Shown: positions 20,865-30,898, counted from the first letter of the stretch. The stretch is 64,000 bases of DNA from Candidatus Amesbacteria bacterium (GCA_963736875.1 CAVTQH010000004.1:187899-251898); one strand, 5' to 3'. Notes: generated from the sequence alone by a model not told the origin. Translations and numbers: made by a program.

Positions 20865-21833
20865 TTACACTCCCACTTTAAACTCCACCACGTCTCCCTC
20901 CTGCATTATGTATTCCCTGCCCTCCTGGCGGACTTTTCCCAGCTCCCGGGCCTTCACCCATCCGCCTGCCTTAATAAATTCCTGCCAGTTAATTACATCC
21001 GCCTTAATAAAATGCTTAATAAAGTCGGTGTGAATTACTCCGGCAGCTTCCGGAGCTTTAGTCCCCTTCTTAATCGTCCAGGCCCGGGATTCAATTTCAC
21101 CCGCTGTCAGAAATGTCTGCAGTCCCAATATTTCAAATGCCCGGGTAATCAATTTTTCCAGACCGCTCTCAGAAACCCCCAATTCTTTCAGATATTCCTT
21201 CTGCTCATCTTCGGAAAGACCTGCCAGATCCGCCTCGGTCTTGGCACAAATCGCAATTACCGCCTCCTTATCCAATTCCAATCCGACAGCAAACTTCTCC
21301 TCCAACTTCGAAGCCCCGGATAAATCATTTTCGTCCACATTCAAGACCACCAGGATCGGTTTTTTTGCCAAAAGTGGTAATTCCTGATCATCAGGTAGTC
21401 TTTTCTTCTCATGCCGTTCCTGCGTCTCCAAATCCGCCAAATCCAGTTCCGTTTTTACCACCTCAAAATCGGATTTCGGATCGACTGCGCCTTCACGAAT
21501 AATATTTTCATCCGAAAAGGCTCTGACTACGTGACACACAGCATCGACCTCTCTGATATGCGACAAGAATTTATTTCCCAGTCCTTCTCCCTGACTGGCT
21601 CCCTTAACCAGTCCTGCAATATCCACAAATTTAACGGTAGCCGGAACTATCTTATTGGTCTTTACTACCTCAGCCAGCAATGGAAGCCGTGAATCCGGAA
21701 CGGGAACCACTCCGATATTCGGTTCAATGGTGGCAAACGGAAAATTCGCCACATAAGCGACTTGTCTTTTTAAAAGCGCGTTAAAAAGCGTCGACTTACC
21801 AACATTGGGTAAACCTACAATTCCGATTTCCAT
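20865..21833 (-). CDS. ychF: Ribosome-binding ATPase YchF (Obg-family GTPase)
   Basis: G1 GLPNVGKST, G3/G4 motifs, TGS-like C-terminal domain. Confidence 0.9.
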   Translation of the reverse strand: MEIGIVGLPNVGKSTLFNALLKRQVAYVANFPFATIEPNIGVVPVPDSRLPLLAEVVKTNKIVPATVKFVDIAGLVKGASQGEGLGNKFLSHIREVDAVCHVVRAFSDENIIREGAVDPKSDFEVVKTELDLADLETQERHEKKRLPDDQELPLLAKKPILVVLNVDENDLSGASKLEEKFAVGLELDKEAVIAICAKTEADLAGLSEDEQKEYLKELGVSESGLEKLITRAFEILGLQTFLTAGEIESRAWTIKKGTKAPEAAGVIHTDFIKHFIKADVINWQEFIKAGGWVKARELGKVRQEGREYIMQEGDVVEFKVGV

Positions 21834-21904
21834 AGTTTATTAAGTTGATTTAATCATGTATAATGCATGCACTAAACATGAAGGAGATTCTATATGAGTC
21901 TCCT

Positions 21905-22537
21905 TTATTTTTTTTCCTGAAATTTAAGCTGTTCCCTTAAATAATTGAAATCCCTAAAATCACTCCCGGCAAACTGTCTTATCTCGCGAGCAGTACGCTC
22001 TCCCCTGGCCAGAAGCACCACTTTTTTCCCAATTTCCTTCATATATTTCAGAACTGGCAAAAAGTCTCCGTCTCCTGACAAAAAAATTAATTTCCCAAAC
22101 TTTTCCTTCTCTTTCATTAGATAAAATGCCATCTCCACATCGCAGTTAGCTTTTCTCTGTGTAGTATCATTCTCACCACGATATAGCTTTACAGGTTTTA
22201 ATAATATATCATACCCAAAACTTTTCAGTTTTATATAAAACTTGATCCTTTGTAAATGTTTAGAGAGTAAAATTAGCTTAGCTTCATCGTATCTCTTTCC
22301 CTCCTTTTTTATCAAACTCACCAAATAATTTTCCACTTTTTCTACCGGGACAGATTCATTTTTTAAATAATCGTAAGTATAACCATGTAATTCAACGCCT
22401 CCGAAATAATAAATTTTAGACACTCCGTATTTCCTTTTTAGATATTCCGCAAACTTTTTATAATCTATCTTCCATCCCAGACTTTTTTCTCCGCCATAAA
22501 ACAGATTTGATGCGTCAATAAATGCAAATGTCTTCAT
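21905..22537 (-). CDS. NYN-domain (LabA-like, PIN-related) protein
   Basis: …FIDASNLFYG… N-terminus, …CDVEMA… and …LSGDGDF… acidic motifs characteristic of NYN/LabA nucleases. Confidence 0.75.
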   Translation of the reverse strand: MKTFAFIDASNLFYGGEKSLGWKIDYKKFAEYLKRKYGVSKIYYFGGVELHGYTYDYLKNESVPVEKVENYLVSLIKKEGKRYDEAKLILLSKHLQRIKFYIKLKSFGYDILLKPVKLYRGENDTTQRKANCDVEMAFYLMKEKEKFGKLIFLSGDGDFLPVLKYMKEIGKKVVLLARGERTAREIRQFAGSDFRDFNYLREQLKFQEKK

Positions 22538-22617
22538 TCCCGAATTTTACACCATTATTTAAGCCTGTACTCAACTCAAAATAAATATTTTTCACCCTAC
22601 AAAATTTATCAGCTTAT

Positions 22618-23619
22618 TCATATTGCTTCAGATTTTCCCACCAGCTTTTCCAGTTCAGCCTGCATCACATCATCCATTCTGAATGCACCGGGGGTAAACG
22701 GATGCGGCAGCCACTCCGAAACGTTTGTTTCTTTCAATGTATAATCTTTCCCGTCAACGGAAACCAATTCCACCGGAAGCGGTGTATCATTCCTCTTCCA
22801 TCTGCGCAATATCTCATCCAGCTCCAGAATTGCCTGCCGGTCACGATACAAAGGGTCCGGAACTTTACCCCGGCAAACCACCACTAATTTTTCCAGATTC
22901 AGATGTCTTTCGGATACTTCCGTACCGGGATAATCACCTCTCCAATGCAATACTGCACTCATAATCGGCGGTACGGCATCAAATCCCGCGTTTGTGTAGA
23001 GAGAACCCGGCCACATGGTACCATCCATACCCACCAGAACCGCCCCGTATAGCCTGTTTTTCAATTCCTGTGGTAAGTAGACATCCACTGCCTGATCAAT
23101 AGCCATATCTGCCCGGGTTATCTGATTTTCATTAATTGTTGCACTGTCACCGGTCCGATAACCGTTATACAGATAATCTTTCAATTGGGTAGCCACAATG
23201 CCGGTCTCATTGCCATTAAGCAGAATCAGTTCGGAGGAACAGTTTGCTTTCAAAACGTCCAAACAGGCTCCGCAGGGACATCCATAATCATTTGATGTGA
23301 TTAGTCTATGGGTTTTTTCGTACCATGCAAGTGCCTCCGCCGGACTTTCGGTTATATCCATCAGCCCTGATAAAGTGGCCGTTTCACCATGAACCCAGGC
23401 ATCACTTAATGCATGTTCTTTGTTCCCCCCGAAATACTCCATTCCGTCCGTCGCCAAAATCCCCGTGAGCACATAATACAGTGATTGCCATGGGTAAGCC
23501 TTAGCCTTATCCCCGGCGTCCAGGGTAAGTTTCGTATATCTCTTCCTTCTGTCTTCATCAAAAAACGGATTATCATTTTTTGAAAAAGGTGAATACATTG
23601 GAACTTCCGTCATTATCAT
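22618..23619 (-). CDS. cdd: Cytidine deaminase, two-domain (E. coli Cdd-type) form
   Basis: N-terminal CDA domain aligns to Cdd: …VHGETATL… (H[A/G]E zinc/catalytic motif) and …GCPCGACLDVL… (PCxxC). The C-terminal pseudo-domain matches the E. coli Cdd second domain (…GAVLVGMDGTMWPGSLYTNAGFDAVPPIMSAVL…). Confidence 0.7.
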   Translation of the reverse strand: MIMTEVPMYSPFSKNDNPFFDEDRRKRYTKLTLDAGDKAKAYPWQSLYYVLTGILATDGMEYFGGNKEHALSDAWVHGETATLSGLMDITESPAEALAWYEKTHRLITSNDYGCPCGACLDVLKANCSSELILLNGNETGIVATQLKDYLYNGYRTGDSATINENQITRADMAIDQAVDVYLPQELKNRLYGAVLVGMDGTMWPGSLYTNAGFDAVPPIMSAVLHWRGDYPGTEVSERHLNLEKLVVVCRGKVPDPLYRDRQAILELDEILRRWKRNDTPLPVELVSVDGKDYTLKETNVSEWLPHPFTPGAFRMDDVMQAELEKLVGKSEAI

Positions 23620-23709
23620 CGCACTTTAACATACAACCAAAACAGTTATCTTCATTCACATATTTTTAATGTATCGATTTCGAATTTAAAAGACCGAATT
23701 GGCTGCTTT

Positions 23710-24582
23710 TTACTCGGTTTTAATTTCATCATAATCGAAAGCCATTCGCACTTCCAGACTCCGATATATCCAATCTGCTTTGGACAATATTTCTATCCCC
23801 GAAACCTTATCATTATTTGTACCCCTGACAGCATCCCACAATATTTTCAGATTATCCTTGATGTAATCCGGAAAACGCTCTTCAATGTCTTTTCTCCAAT
23901 TCTGGTAGGTTATATCCTGCTTTTCCAGTTCCTCATCAGACCAGACCTGCCCGTTTAATGCTCCGTCGATCTGGTAACTTTCCATAATCGGCTCGCCGCG
24001 GGTAGAAAAACTTGTAACTCCACTCAAATCCCTGGTAAAAGGATTTGCATTCTGATATTCCTGGATTCTGTCCCCCGCAGTATTCCACAATTTACTCCAG
24101 GCGTGCTGGGCTATCAATCGCCGGGCAACCAACGGATCCTGGTCATGGTGTTTGTCCATTGCCTTTAAAAGAATAGCAGCCTGTGCCAGGATATCCTCCC
24201 CCTCCCGGTATTCATCAATGTCCCCTGCAGTTTCTTTTACCGCCTTCCATTTCGATACTTCCCCTGTAGCCAAACTCCTTACTTTCTGATTGATATTTAT
24301 CCAGTCCTTTTGTCTTTCTTCCAGAAGTCCCTTTGCATCATCCTTCTCAAGATCCGGAACTGTCAAACCGGTCGCTTCAACCAATTCCTGATAAGTCCCT
24401 TTTTCTTGGCCTTCGTTTACGTTAAACCACCACTCATACACCGTATCCAGTTTCTCCTTCCAGTGCTTACCTGTAAATATGGTCTTACCGGCAATTTCCA
24501 CCAGTTTTCGGTGATTTGATATATCCGGTAAAACCGGTGTCTCCCGGCCAGTCTCGAATTCCGCGTAACCTGTTTCTGACAT
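23710..24582 (-). CDS. Hypothetical protein (290 aa), no recognised domain
   Basis: Long ORF with reasonable composition between cdd and an alpha/beta hydrolase. Trp-rich. Confidence 0.45.
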   Translation of the reverse strand: MSETGYAEFETGRETPVLPDISNHRKLVEIAGKTIFTGKHWKEKLDTVYEWWFNVNEGQEKGTYQELVEATGLTVPDLEKDDAKGLLEERQKDWININQKVRSLATGEVSKWKAVKETAGDIDEYREGEDILAQAAILLKAMDKHHDQDPLVARRLIAQHAWSKLWNTAGDRIQEYQNANPFTRDLSGVTSFSTRGEPIMESYQIDGALNGQVWSDEELEKQDITYQNWRKDIEERFPDYIKDNLKILWDAVRGTNNDKVSGIEILSKADWIYRSLEVRMAFDYDEIKTE

Positions 24583-24589
24583 TAAATAA

Positions 24590-25279
24590 TTATATATCCT
24601 TTTTTCCCTGTTCCCAGGCCCACAGGTACAAGAGGATTTTCGCGATAACCTCGGGATGTTCCAGTATGGTAAAGTGGCCTTCCCCCTTAATCGGAATGTT
24701 ATCTAAGGCCCCCTCAAGATAGCAACCCCGGGGAATCAATCTATCACGCTGGAAAAATAATGAAATAATTTTTGAGTTGACTTCCGTTTCTTCACTCAGG
24801 CTTTTAATAATTTTACTTTTACTGGACATTTCTTTGGCCGGTCTGTATGGCACCCATCTCGCCGGGTCGGAACCCAAAAAGGGTGTGGCTATGGCAAACA
24901 TTTTTTCTGCCAGACCGTCAATCAATATCTGCTTGCCTATCAGACCGCCTTTGCTGTGACAAATAAGTCTCGCATTATAAAGGCCGTTCCGATCAATTAC
25001 GCCTTCAACTATCCCGGCCGCGGTTTTGATATCAAGTTTATTTGTTTTACCCAGACCCGGTATGGTCCATACGTCATGGCCGTGGCCGTTATCAGAAACC
25101 CAATCACCGATCGTTCTTAACACTCCCCAGGGTTCATACAACCCCGGAATAAGTATCACGGGTGCTTTGCCGGTCTTATGTTCCAGGTATGAATCCGGAG
25201 GTTCGGATATCAAATGCGACCGGACCTCCAACTCAGCTAACTTTCCCAGATCCTTCCCCAGATTGCGCCAGCGTTCCAC
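24590..25279 (-). CDS. Alpha/beta-hydrolase fold protein (lipase/esterase-like)
   Basis: Nucleophile-elbow-like …ICHSKGGLIG… and downstream Asp/His candidates. Confidence 0.6.
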   Translation of the reverse strand: MERWRNLGKDLGKLAELEVRSHLISEPPDSYLEHKTGKAPVILIPGLYEPWGVLRTIGDWVSDNGHGHDVWTIPGLGKTNKLDIKTAAGIVEGVIDRNGLYNARLICHSKGGLIGKQILIDGLAEKMFAIATPFLGSDPARWVPYRPAKEMSSKSKIIKSLSEETEVNSKIISLFFQRDRLIPRGCYLEGALDNIPIKGEGHFTILEHPEVIAKILLYLWAWEQGKKDI

Positions 25280-25306
25280 GGACAGATTTTACATCATCAG
25301 CCTGGA

Positions 25307-26656
25307 CTATAAGGGCAGGGTTATGGTAAATACGGTATTCTTATCATTTACGGTGACGCTGATATCGCCGTTGTGAAGGATTAATATTTTCTTTGCCAGA
25401 AACAGGCCGATACCGCTGCCTTCGGTATGGCCGGAGAATTTCTTACCTTCGTGGTATCCGGCAAATACCGCATCCAGATCTTTTACAGGTATCGGTTTCC
25501 CGAATCCGCTGCAGACTATCTCCAGCTGATTTTTGTCTTTATTGACTTGTCCCGATACTGTGACCGCAGTCCCGGAATCGGCATAATAGATCTGGTTTAA
25601 AAAGACATTCTGGAAAGCCAGCTCCAGCAGTTCGGAATCAGCCTGCACCTGACGGATATCACCCAGTCCCGACAGATCTATCCTGATTTCCACCTCATCC
25701 AACTTGGCAACTTTACCCAGATGGTTCATGGCGTTTGAAATCAGCTCTGTGACATCGGCAGACTTCTTCTCCATCCGGGTTGAATCCGAAAGTGTATTTG
25801 CCTCCTCCAGATTATGAATCCTCTGGATCATCTGCATCGAACTTTTATAAACCTGCGTAATTGCATCCCGGATCAACGAATCCTTTTCAAAATCATTTTC
25901 ATCCAGTACCAGTTCGCAGGCCCAGCGGATCTCGGTCAGTGGTGTCCGGACTTCATGGGATATAACATGTAATATAGCCCCTTTCTCTTCCATGGCTTCT
26001 ATCTGAAAAAGCATGTATTTGCGGTTGCTCCATAAAACCAGCAACAGAAAAGAAAAAGCAATGACCGGCAGCAAAGCTGATCTGATAATCGGCAGGAAAT
26101 ACTGCGAATAGGCATCGATATCCGCCCCCAGAACGGCCATGTTTTCCCCGGTTTCAGGATCGATGACTTGGGCAAAACTCGACAGCCAGTATCCCCATCT
26201 GTCCCTGTCCAGTTCGAAGCCGGCTTTATTAGTTGTAAAAGCCGACTTGAACACTTCACTGGCCTCGTCAAATGTGTCACCCGGTGCCGAATAATCCCCG
26301 GATTCGGGATCTTCTGAATCTGCAATGAATACGATTTCCCCCTGCTGGTATCTCATCACATATAAAAACCGCATCTCCGGATTTACTTCCCTGACTCTGG
26401 TCAGCTTATCCTTGAGATCCCGGTATAAAGGATTGTTTATATCATCCGCACTGCCGGACAAAACCCTGATTTTGTCAGCATCAATCATCAGAGCCAGACT
26501 GGTAATTTTCTGGATCTGAAATTGTCTGACATTAAATTCGCTGACCAGTACCGTGATTATTGTGGATACAAATCCCAGAACCATCGTCATAATAATCAGG
26601 ATGTTGTACCTGATCCTGAGGATTTTGGGTGAACTTGATTTTAAGGTTATCCGCAT
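25307..26656 (-). CDS. Sensor histidine kinase with N-terminal TM/periplasmic sensor region
   Basis: Two TM segments flanking a sensor region. H-box …HEVRTPLTEIRW…, HATPase_c N/G1/G2 boxes. Confidence 0.8.
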   Translation of the reverse strand: MRITLKSSSPKILRIRYNILIIMTMVLGFVSTIITVLVSEFNVRQFQIQKITSLALMIDADKIRVLSGSADDINNPLYRDLKDKLTRVREVNPEMRFLYVMRYQQGEIVFIADSEDPESGDYSAPGDTFDEASEVFKSAFTTNKAGFELDRDRWGYWLSSFAQVIDPETGENMAVLGADIDAYSQYFLPIIRSALLPVIAFSFLLLVLWSNRKYMLFQIEAMEEKGAILHVISHEVRTPLTEIRWACELVLDENDFEKDSLIRDAITQVYKSSMQMIQRIHNLEEANTLSDSTRMEKKSADVTELISNAMNHLGKVAKLDEVEIRIDLSGLGDIRQVQADSELLELAFQNVFLNQIYYADSGTAVTVSGQVNKDKNQLEIVCSGFGKPIPVKDLDAVFAGYHEGKKFSGHTEGSGIGLFLAKKILILHNGDISVTVNDKNTVFTITLPL

Positions 26657-26721
26657 GGTACTTAAATGATATTAAACTAAAATCAGATAATGTTACAATT
26701 AAATCCAGATATAGATATAGT

Positions 26722-27117
26722 ATGAGCCCTGATCAATCTTCCTCCCCCACTCTCAAAAAAGTTCTGGTTGTTGAGGATGAAAAGCCCTTGGCGGATGCTC
26801 TGGAGATGAAACTAAAACATGAAGGTTTTGCCGTGGCCAGGGCTACCAATGGTCAGGAGGGACTGGAAGCCGTTTTATCTTTCAGCCCCGACGTAATTCT
26901 TTTAGATCTGATGATGCCGGTGATGGACGGAAAGACCATGTTGAGAAAGCTCCGCGACCTGCCTCAGTTTAAAACTTTACCGATAATTGTTCTTACCAAT
27001 GCCGGAACAGTGGACAATATCAGGGAAACCCAGACTTTCTTCAATGCCGCTGAATTCTTTATCAAATCAAACGTCTCTCTCGAAGCCATTGTGGCCAAAA
27101 TCAAAGAAATCGTTTAA
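26722..27117 (+). CDS. Single-domain response regulator (CheY-like receiver)
   Basis: …VLVVEDEKPL…DVILLDLMMPVMDG…K… with receiver Asp/Lys positions. The track ORF starts upstream at 26629, but the ATG at 26722 fits the domain. Confidence 0.8.
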   Translation: MSPDQSSSPTLKKVLVVEDEKPLADALEMKLKHEGFAVARATNGQEGLEAVLSFSPDVILLDLMMPVMDGKTMLRKLRDLPQFKTLPIIVLTNAGTVDNIRETQTFFNAAEFFIKSNVSLEAIVAKIKEIV

Positions 27118-27127
27118 GATCTGGTAC

Positions 27128-27802
27128 ATGCTCCGGACTACATCAGAAAAACTCCGGGAATTTTTTTCCTCATCCAAAATCCTTACTTACAAAAGAGGTG
27201 AAATTATTCTGCGTTCGGACGACTCTCCCCAGGGAATTATTTTTTTGGAAGATGGATATGTCAAAATGAATACCATTTTCCCCGACGGCCGGGAACTGAC
27301 TCTGAATATTTTCAAACCACAGACTTATTTTCCCATGACCTGGGCTATCGCAGATATCCCAAATACATATTTTTACCAGGCTATGACAAATCTTAAAATC
27401 AGAAGAATGCCCAAAAACCTGTTTCTGGAGTTTATGGATAAAAATCCCGATGTGCTTCGTGAACTCACCACCCGGATTCTCATCGGTTTGGACGGATTAC
27501 TGACCAACATCCGGTATATCCTGTCCGGCAGTTCCCGTTACCGGGTGGCTGCAGCTATTCTTCTGTGTGCCAGGCGCTTCGGTAAAAAAACCGGTGCAAA
27601 CAGCGTCTCGGTCATGCTACCCCTTACCCATCAGGACATCGGAAACATTGCCGGAATCACCAGAGAAACCGCGACCATTGCCATAGACAAACTCCAAAAA
27701 CAGGGTTTGATCACTCATCACTACCGGCACCTGATTGTAAATAAATTCGACGAACTTACACGTGTCTCCCTTCTGTCCGATGAGGCTACAATAACCTTGT
27801 GA
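27128..27802 (+). CDS. Crp/Fnr-family transcriptional regulator
   Basis: N-terminal cNMP-binding beta-barrel (…GEIILRSDDSPQGIIFLEDGYVKM…) and C-terminal HTH (…THQDIGNIAGITRETATIAIDKL…). Its last ~20 codons lie inside the left direct repeat. Confidence 0.75.
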   Translation: MLRTTSEKLREFFSSSKILTYKRGEIILRSDDSPQGIIFLEDGYVKMNTIFPDGRELTLNIFKPQTYFPMTWAIADIPNTYFYQAMTNLKIRRMPKNLFLEFMDKNPDVLRELTTRILIGLDGLLTNIRYILSGSSRYRVAAAILLCARRFGKKTGANSVSVMLPLTHQDIGNIAGITRETATIAIDKLQKQGLITHHYRHLIVNKFDELTRVSLLSDEATITL

Positions 27803-27863
27803 GAAAACTGATTTTCCATTCTTTAATCTGGGATATTTATTTTTGGCGTTCTTTCTGTGCACC
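27740..27863. repeat. Left copy of a ~122-124 bp imperfect direct repeat (about 88% identical to 33181..33302)
   Basis: Aligns to the right copy across the crp 3' end (…NKFDELTRVSLLSDEATITL*) and a decayed GT39 5' start (gtgagaaaactgattttccat…). Read directly. Confidence 0.8.
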
Positions 27864-27947
27864 CGAAAATGGTATATTTAATCTGACCTATTGCATTACT
27901 TGGTTCTAGGTGATAGCCTCAACTATAGAGGTAAGTTCCCGATTAAG

Positions 27948-29624
27948 ATGTACCACTCTTTTTTATCCGCGAAACTTTGGCTTGGTTTGTTTGCAGTGTT
28001 GACGTTAGCGATCTCCACCGTCTGGCTGGGAAATAATCTGAATAATAAAACTTCGACAGAAATTTATGCCGCCGGAGAAACGGTGAATATTTCTTTACTG
28101 CCAAACAGGGTAAATTTACCGCCGAACAGCAGTACACAACTGACATTGGCCGCCATGACCAATAGAATCGCCGCCGTAAACATCGAGATTAATTTTGATA
28201 CTACGAGAGTACAGCTTGCCAGTGAAGTCGCTGTGGGAACAGCTTTACCGTACATGTTGCCGGGGAATACAACCATGGCTCAGGCAAACGCATCAGGAAG
28301 ACTGATTATCCACCTGGGGAAAACCCCGGGTAACCCTGTCGACCCGACCGGGACGTTTAGTGTAGCAACTGTCACCTGGACGTCGGCTACCACTCAAAAC
28401 AATGTTACCACCCAGGTAAGTATTAATACCGCTACTTCAACCGTGACAGATAATTCCGACCCGGCTAATCCCCAGTATGTACCCATTACCGCATCACCTT
28501 TGACCGTAAATATTAATGTTGTAAACACGCCAACTCCCACCCCCAGACCCACAAATACCCCCACCCCCAGACCCACAAATATCCCCACACCCAGACCAAC
28601 CAGCACTCCGGTTCCGACGGCAACTCCCACCCCCAGACCCACAAATACCCCCACCCCCAGACCCACAAATATCCCCACACCCAGACCAACCAGCACTCCG
28701 GTTCCGACGGCAACTCCCACCCCCAGACCCACAAATACCCCCACCCCCAGACCCACAAATATCCCCACACCCAGACCAACCAGCACTCCGGTTCCGACGG
28801 GTACTTCAACTCCTCCCACTCCAACCCGAACCCCGACGGCAACGCTCATCCCGGTAACACCAACCTCAATTCCTCCAACCGGTTCACTGGTTATCAGAAG
28901 CGTTCAGGCCACGAGAATTACGCAGACCACGGCCGAGATCACCTGGTTCCTCTCCGGTTATGGAACGGGGCAGGTTGAGTACGGAACAACTACCGCGTAT
29001 GGATTGTTTTCCAAGCCTGATACTTCATCATATTGGTTTCATATTGAACAGCTGACCAACCTGACACCAAACACGCTTTATCACTATCGCGTCATATCAT
29101 CCAACATCAGCGGTCAGAAAACCGTCAGCGCAGACCACACTTTCACCACAAAACCGCCAATTCTTCCCACACCCATACTTGAAAAACAAATCTTTACAGC
29201 AGTTGAAGACAAGACTATCGGCGTTGCCGGAGAGCAGGAAGATACTCAGACTCTGAAAGTTGACAATTCACCTATGAATAATTTCCTGATGAAGTTTAAT
29301 ATTACGGGGTTGAACGGACGTCGGGTCAACTCGGCCATGTTAAGAGTCTATTGCACGGACGGTTCGCTGGGCGGCGGAAGATTTTATTCCACTACCAATA
29401 ATTGGAGCGAAGAAAGTCTGGCCTGGAATAACGCACCGCCTGCATTTACCCTGTTAGGTTATTTGGGATTCGTGTATCCCGGTAGATGGTATCAGGTAAA
29501 CGTGACGGGATTCGTCAGAGGTGAAGGGACTTATTCTTTCCGGGCAACATCATTCTGGTGGGACGCAGCTGCTTACAGCTCCTCAGAGGGTAATCAGCCT
29601 CCGCAGTTGGTGATTACATATTAA
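27948..29624 (+). CDS. Secreted modular protein: N-terminal domain, Pro/Thr linker (3 tandem repeats), fibronectin-III-like domain, C-terminal DNRLRE-like domain
   Basis: Signal-anchor [25 protein letters not shown]-rich linker. FN3-like block (…[21 protein letters not shown]…YHYRVISSN…). C-terminal …[20 protein letters not shown]…[14 protein letters not shown]… resembles DNRLRE-type domains. Confidence 0.7.
   Translation: MYHSFLSAKLWLGLFAVLTLAISTVWLGNNLNNKTSTEIYAAGETVNISLLPNRVNLPPNSSTQLTLAAMTNRIAAVNIEINFDTTRVQLASEVAVGTALPYMLPGNTTMAQANASGRLIIHLGKTPGNPVDPTGTFSVATVTWTSATTQNNVTTQVSINTATSTVTDNSDPANPQYVPITASPLTVNINVVNTPTPTPRPTNTPTPRPTNIPTPRPTSTPVPTATPTPRPTNTPTPRPTNIPTPRPTSTPVPTATPTPRPTNTPTPRPTNIPTPRPTSTPVPTGTSTPPTPTRTPTATLIPVTPTSIPPTGSLVIRSVQATRITQTTAEITWFLSGYGTGQVEYGTTTAYGLFSKPDTSSYWFHIEQLTNLTPNTLYHYRVISSNISGQKTVSADHTFTTKPPILPTPILEKQIFTAVEDKTIGVAGEQEDTQTLKVDNSPMNNFLMKFNITGLNGRRVNSAMLRVYCTDGSLGGGRFYSTTNNWSEESLAWNNAPPAFTLLGYLGFVYPGRWYQVNVTGFVRGEGTYSFRATSFWWDAAAYSSSEGNQPPQLVITY
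28531..28800. repeat. Perfect tandem repeat, 3 x 90 bp, encoding the [30 protein letters not shown] linker
   Basis: Three identical 90-bp units read directly. Confidence 0.9.
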
Positions 29625-29769
29625 CTACCCTTATCATTTTGGGAAATAATTTTAGTCGCGCAATCTCTTGTTCGGTGATGTGGGTAAGATAATGAAATCC
29701 CCTTTTCAGGCTTCACGAATGATAAATCATTTTAGTTTCTCTCCGGTATATACTAAAATAAAAATACTT

Positions 29770-30858
29770 ATGCGCCATATTTTCTTAGCCGCTATTACGC
29801 TCTGTCTATGTTTTGGGCTGCTGCCGCCGGATGTTCAGGCAGGTTATATTATTAATCACTTAAACGTATCTCAGGCAGACAGTATTCCTCAAACTTATTC
29901 AGACCGGATCCGGACAATGGACATTTTTTTCGGGCATCGATCTGTTGGTTTTAATATTTTGTCAGGCATTGACTCTCTAAAATCGGCAAACCCTGCCAGA
30001 TTTTCTATCAACCGGATTTCTTTTTCAGCTTATGACCCGGATTATTCCTGGTTTAACGGAGCCAACGGTATAGCTGATATAGAAATAGGTGCCAATGGTG
30101 ATTATCAAAGCAAAATAAATAGATTTAGTGAATTATTAAATAATGGCTTTGGTTCCGCCCTAAACAAACTTAATTCTAACGGTATTCCCGGTGTCGCGAT
30201 GATGAAATTCTGTTACGTGGACATAACCAGCAATCCATCAGCCATATGGAATAGTTATCTTAGCACTCTCACCAACCTGCAGACAGCGTATCCAATCACT
30301 CAGTTTGTTTTCTGGACAATACCCCTTTCAACCATCAGTGGGAATGAAGACAGAAATATATTAAATCAATCCATTAGAACTCATACCAATGGTAAAAACG
30401 TTGTTTTCGATCTGGCAGACATAGAAACCTATGCCCCTAACGGCAACCGGTGTTGCGCCACTGATCGATTAGGCATCAATGGCACCTGTGCCGCGAATGC
30501 CACACCGGTATTATGCCAACAGTATTTTGATGCCTCTGATCCATATAATGATGACGGTCATTTGGTGTCGGCTCTCGGTCAGGAAAGAGTTGCCAGAGCC
30601 TGGTGGGTACTGATGGCAAATATTGCCGGCTGGTCAGGTAACGGTAGCCCTACCGTCACTCCGGTCGCTACGCCCACACCGACCACCATTCCTGGTGATG
30701 CCAACGGAGACAGGCATGTAGACGACTTAGACTTTGCGATCTGGGCCAATAACTACGGCATAACCAATGCCACGGGACCAGGACAGGGGGATTTTAACCG
30801 TGACCTCAGAGTTGACGATCTGGACTACACCATCTGGGCAAACAATTACGGAAGGTAG
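29770..30858 (+). CDS. Secreted SGNH/GDSL-like hydrolase (putative carbohydrate esterase) with C-terminal type-I dockerin-like module
   Basis: Signal peptide MRHIFLAAITLCLCFGLLPPDVQA. Block-V-like …NDDGHLVSALG…. PT linker. C-terminal …GDANGDRHVDDLDFAIWANNYG…GDFNRDLRVDDLDYTIWANNYGR (duplicated calcium-binding loop plus helix). Confidence 0.65.
   Translation: MRHIFLAAITLCLCFGLLPPDVQAGYIINHLNVSQADSIPQTYSDRIRTMDIFFGHRSVGFNILSGIDSLKSANPARFSINRISFSAYDPDYSWFNGANGIADIEIGANGDYQSKINRFSELLNNGFGSALNKLNSNGIPGVAMMKFCYVDITSNPSAIWNSYLSTLTNLQTAYPITQFVFWTIPLSTISGNEDRNILNQSIRTHTNGKNVVFDLADIETYAPNGNRCCATDRLGINGTCAANATPVLCQQYFDASDPYNDDGHLVSALGQERVARAWWVLMANIAGWSGNGSPTVTPVATPTPTTIPGDANGDRHVDDLDFAIWANNYGITNATGPGQGDFNRDLRVDDLDYTIWANNYGR
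30691..30858. repeat. Dockerin-module DNA repeat, copy 1 (about 95% identical to 33011..33178)
   Basis: 168-bp segments encoding the C-terminal dockerin of two different genes are near-identical. Confidence 0.8.
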
Positions 30859-30898
30859 ACCCTTTCTCCCCTGTTTGACATAGTCATTACTATGAATC

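Noticed and set aside
22618-23619. Deaminase-domain toxin or anti-phage nucleotide-depletion enzyme
   Set aside because: Both halves align to ordinary homodimeric-type cytidine deaminase, including the non-catalytic second domain. No kinase or effector fusion is present.
28531-28800. CRISPR array considered because of perfect direct repeats
   Set aside because: Units are contiguous 90-mers with no spacers and no cas genes. They sit inside an ORF and encode a Pro/Thr linker.
28394-28849. Minus-strand ORFs (151 aa and 109 aa, Gly/Val/Trp-rich repeats) antisense to the PT-linker repeat
   Set aside because: Low-complexity mirror translations of the 3x90-bp coding repeat. The plus-strand gene has a signal peptide and recognisable domains.
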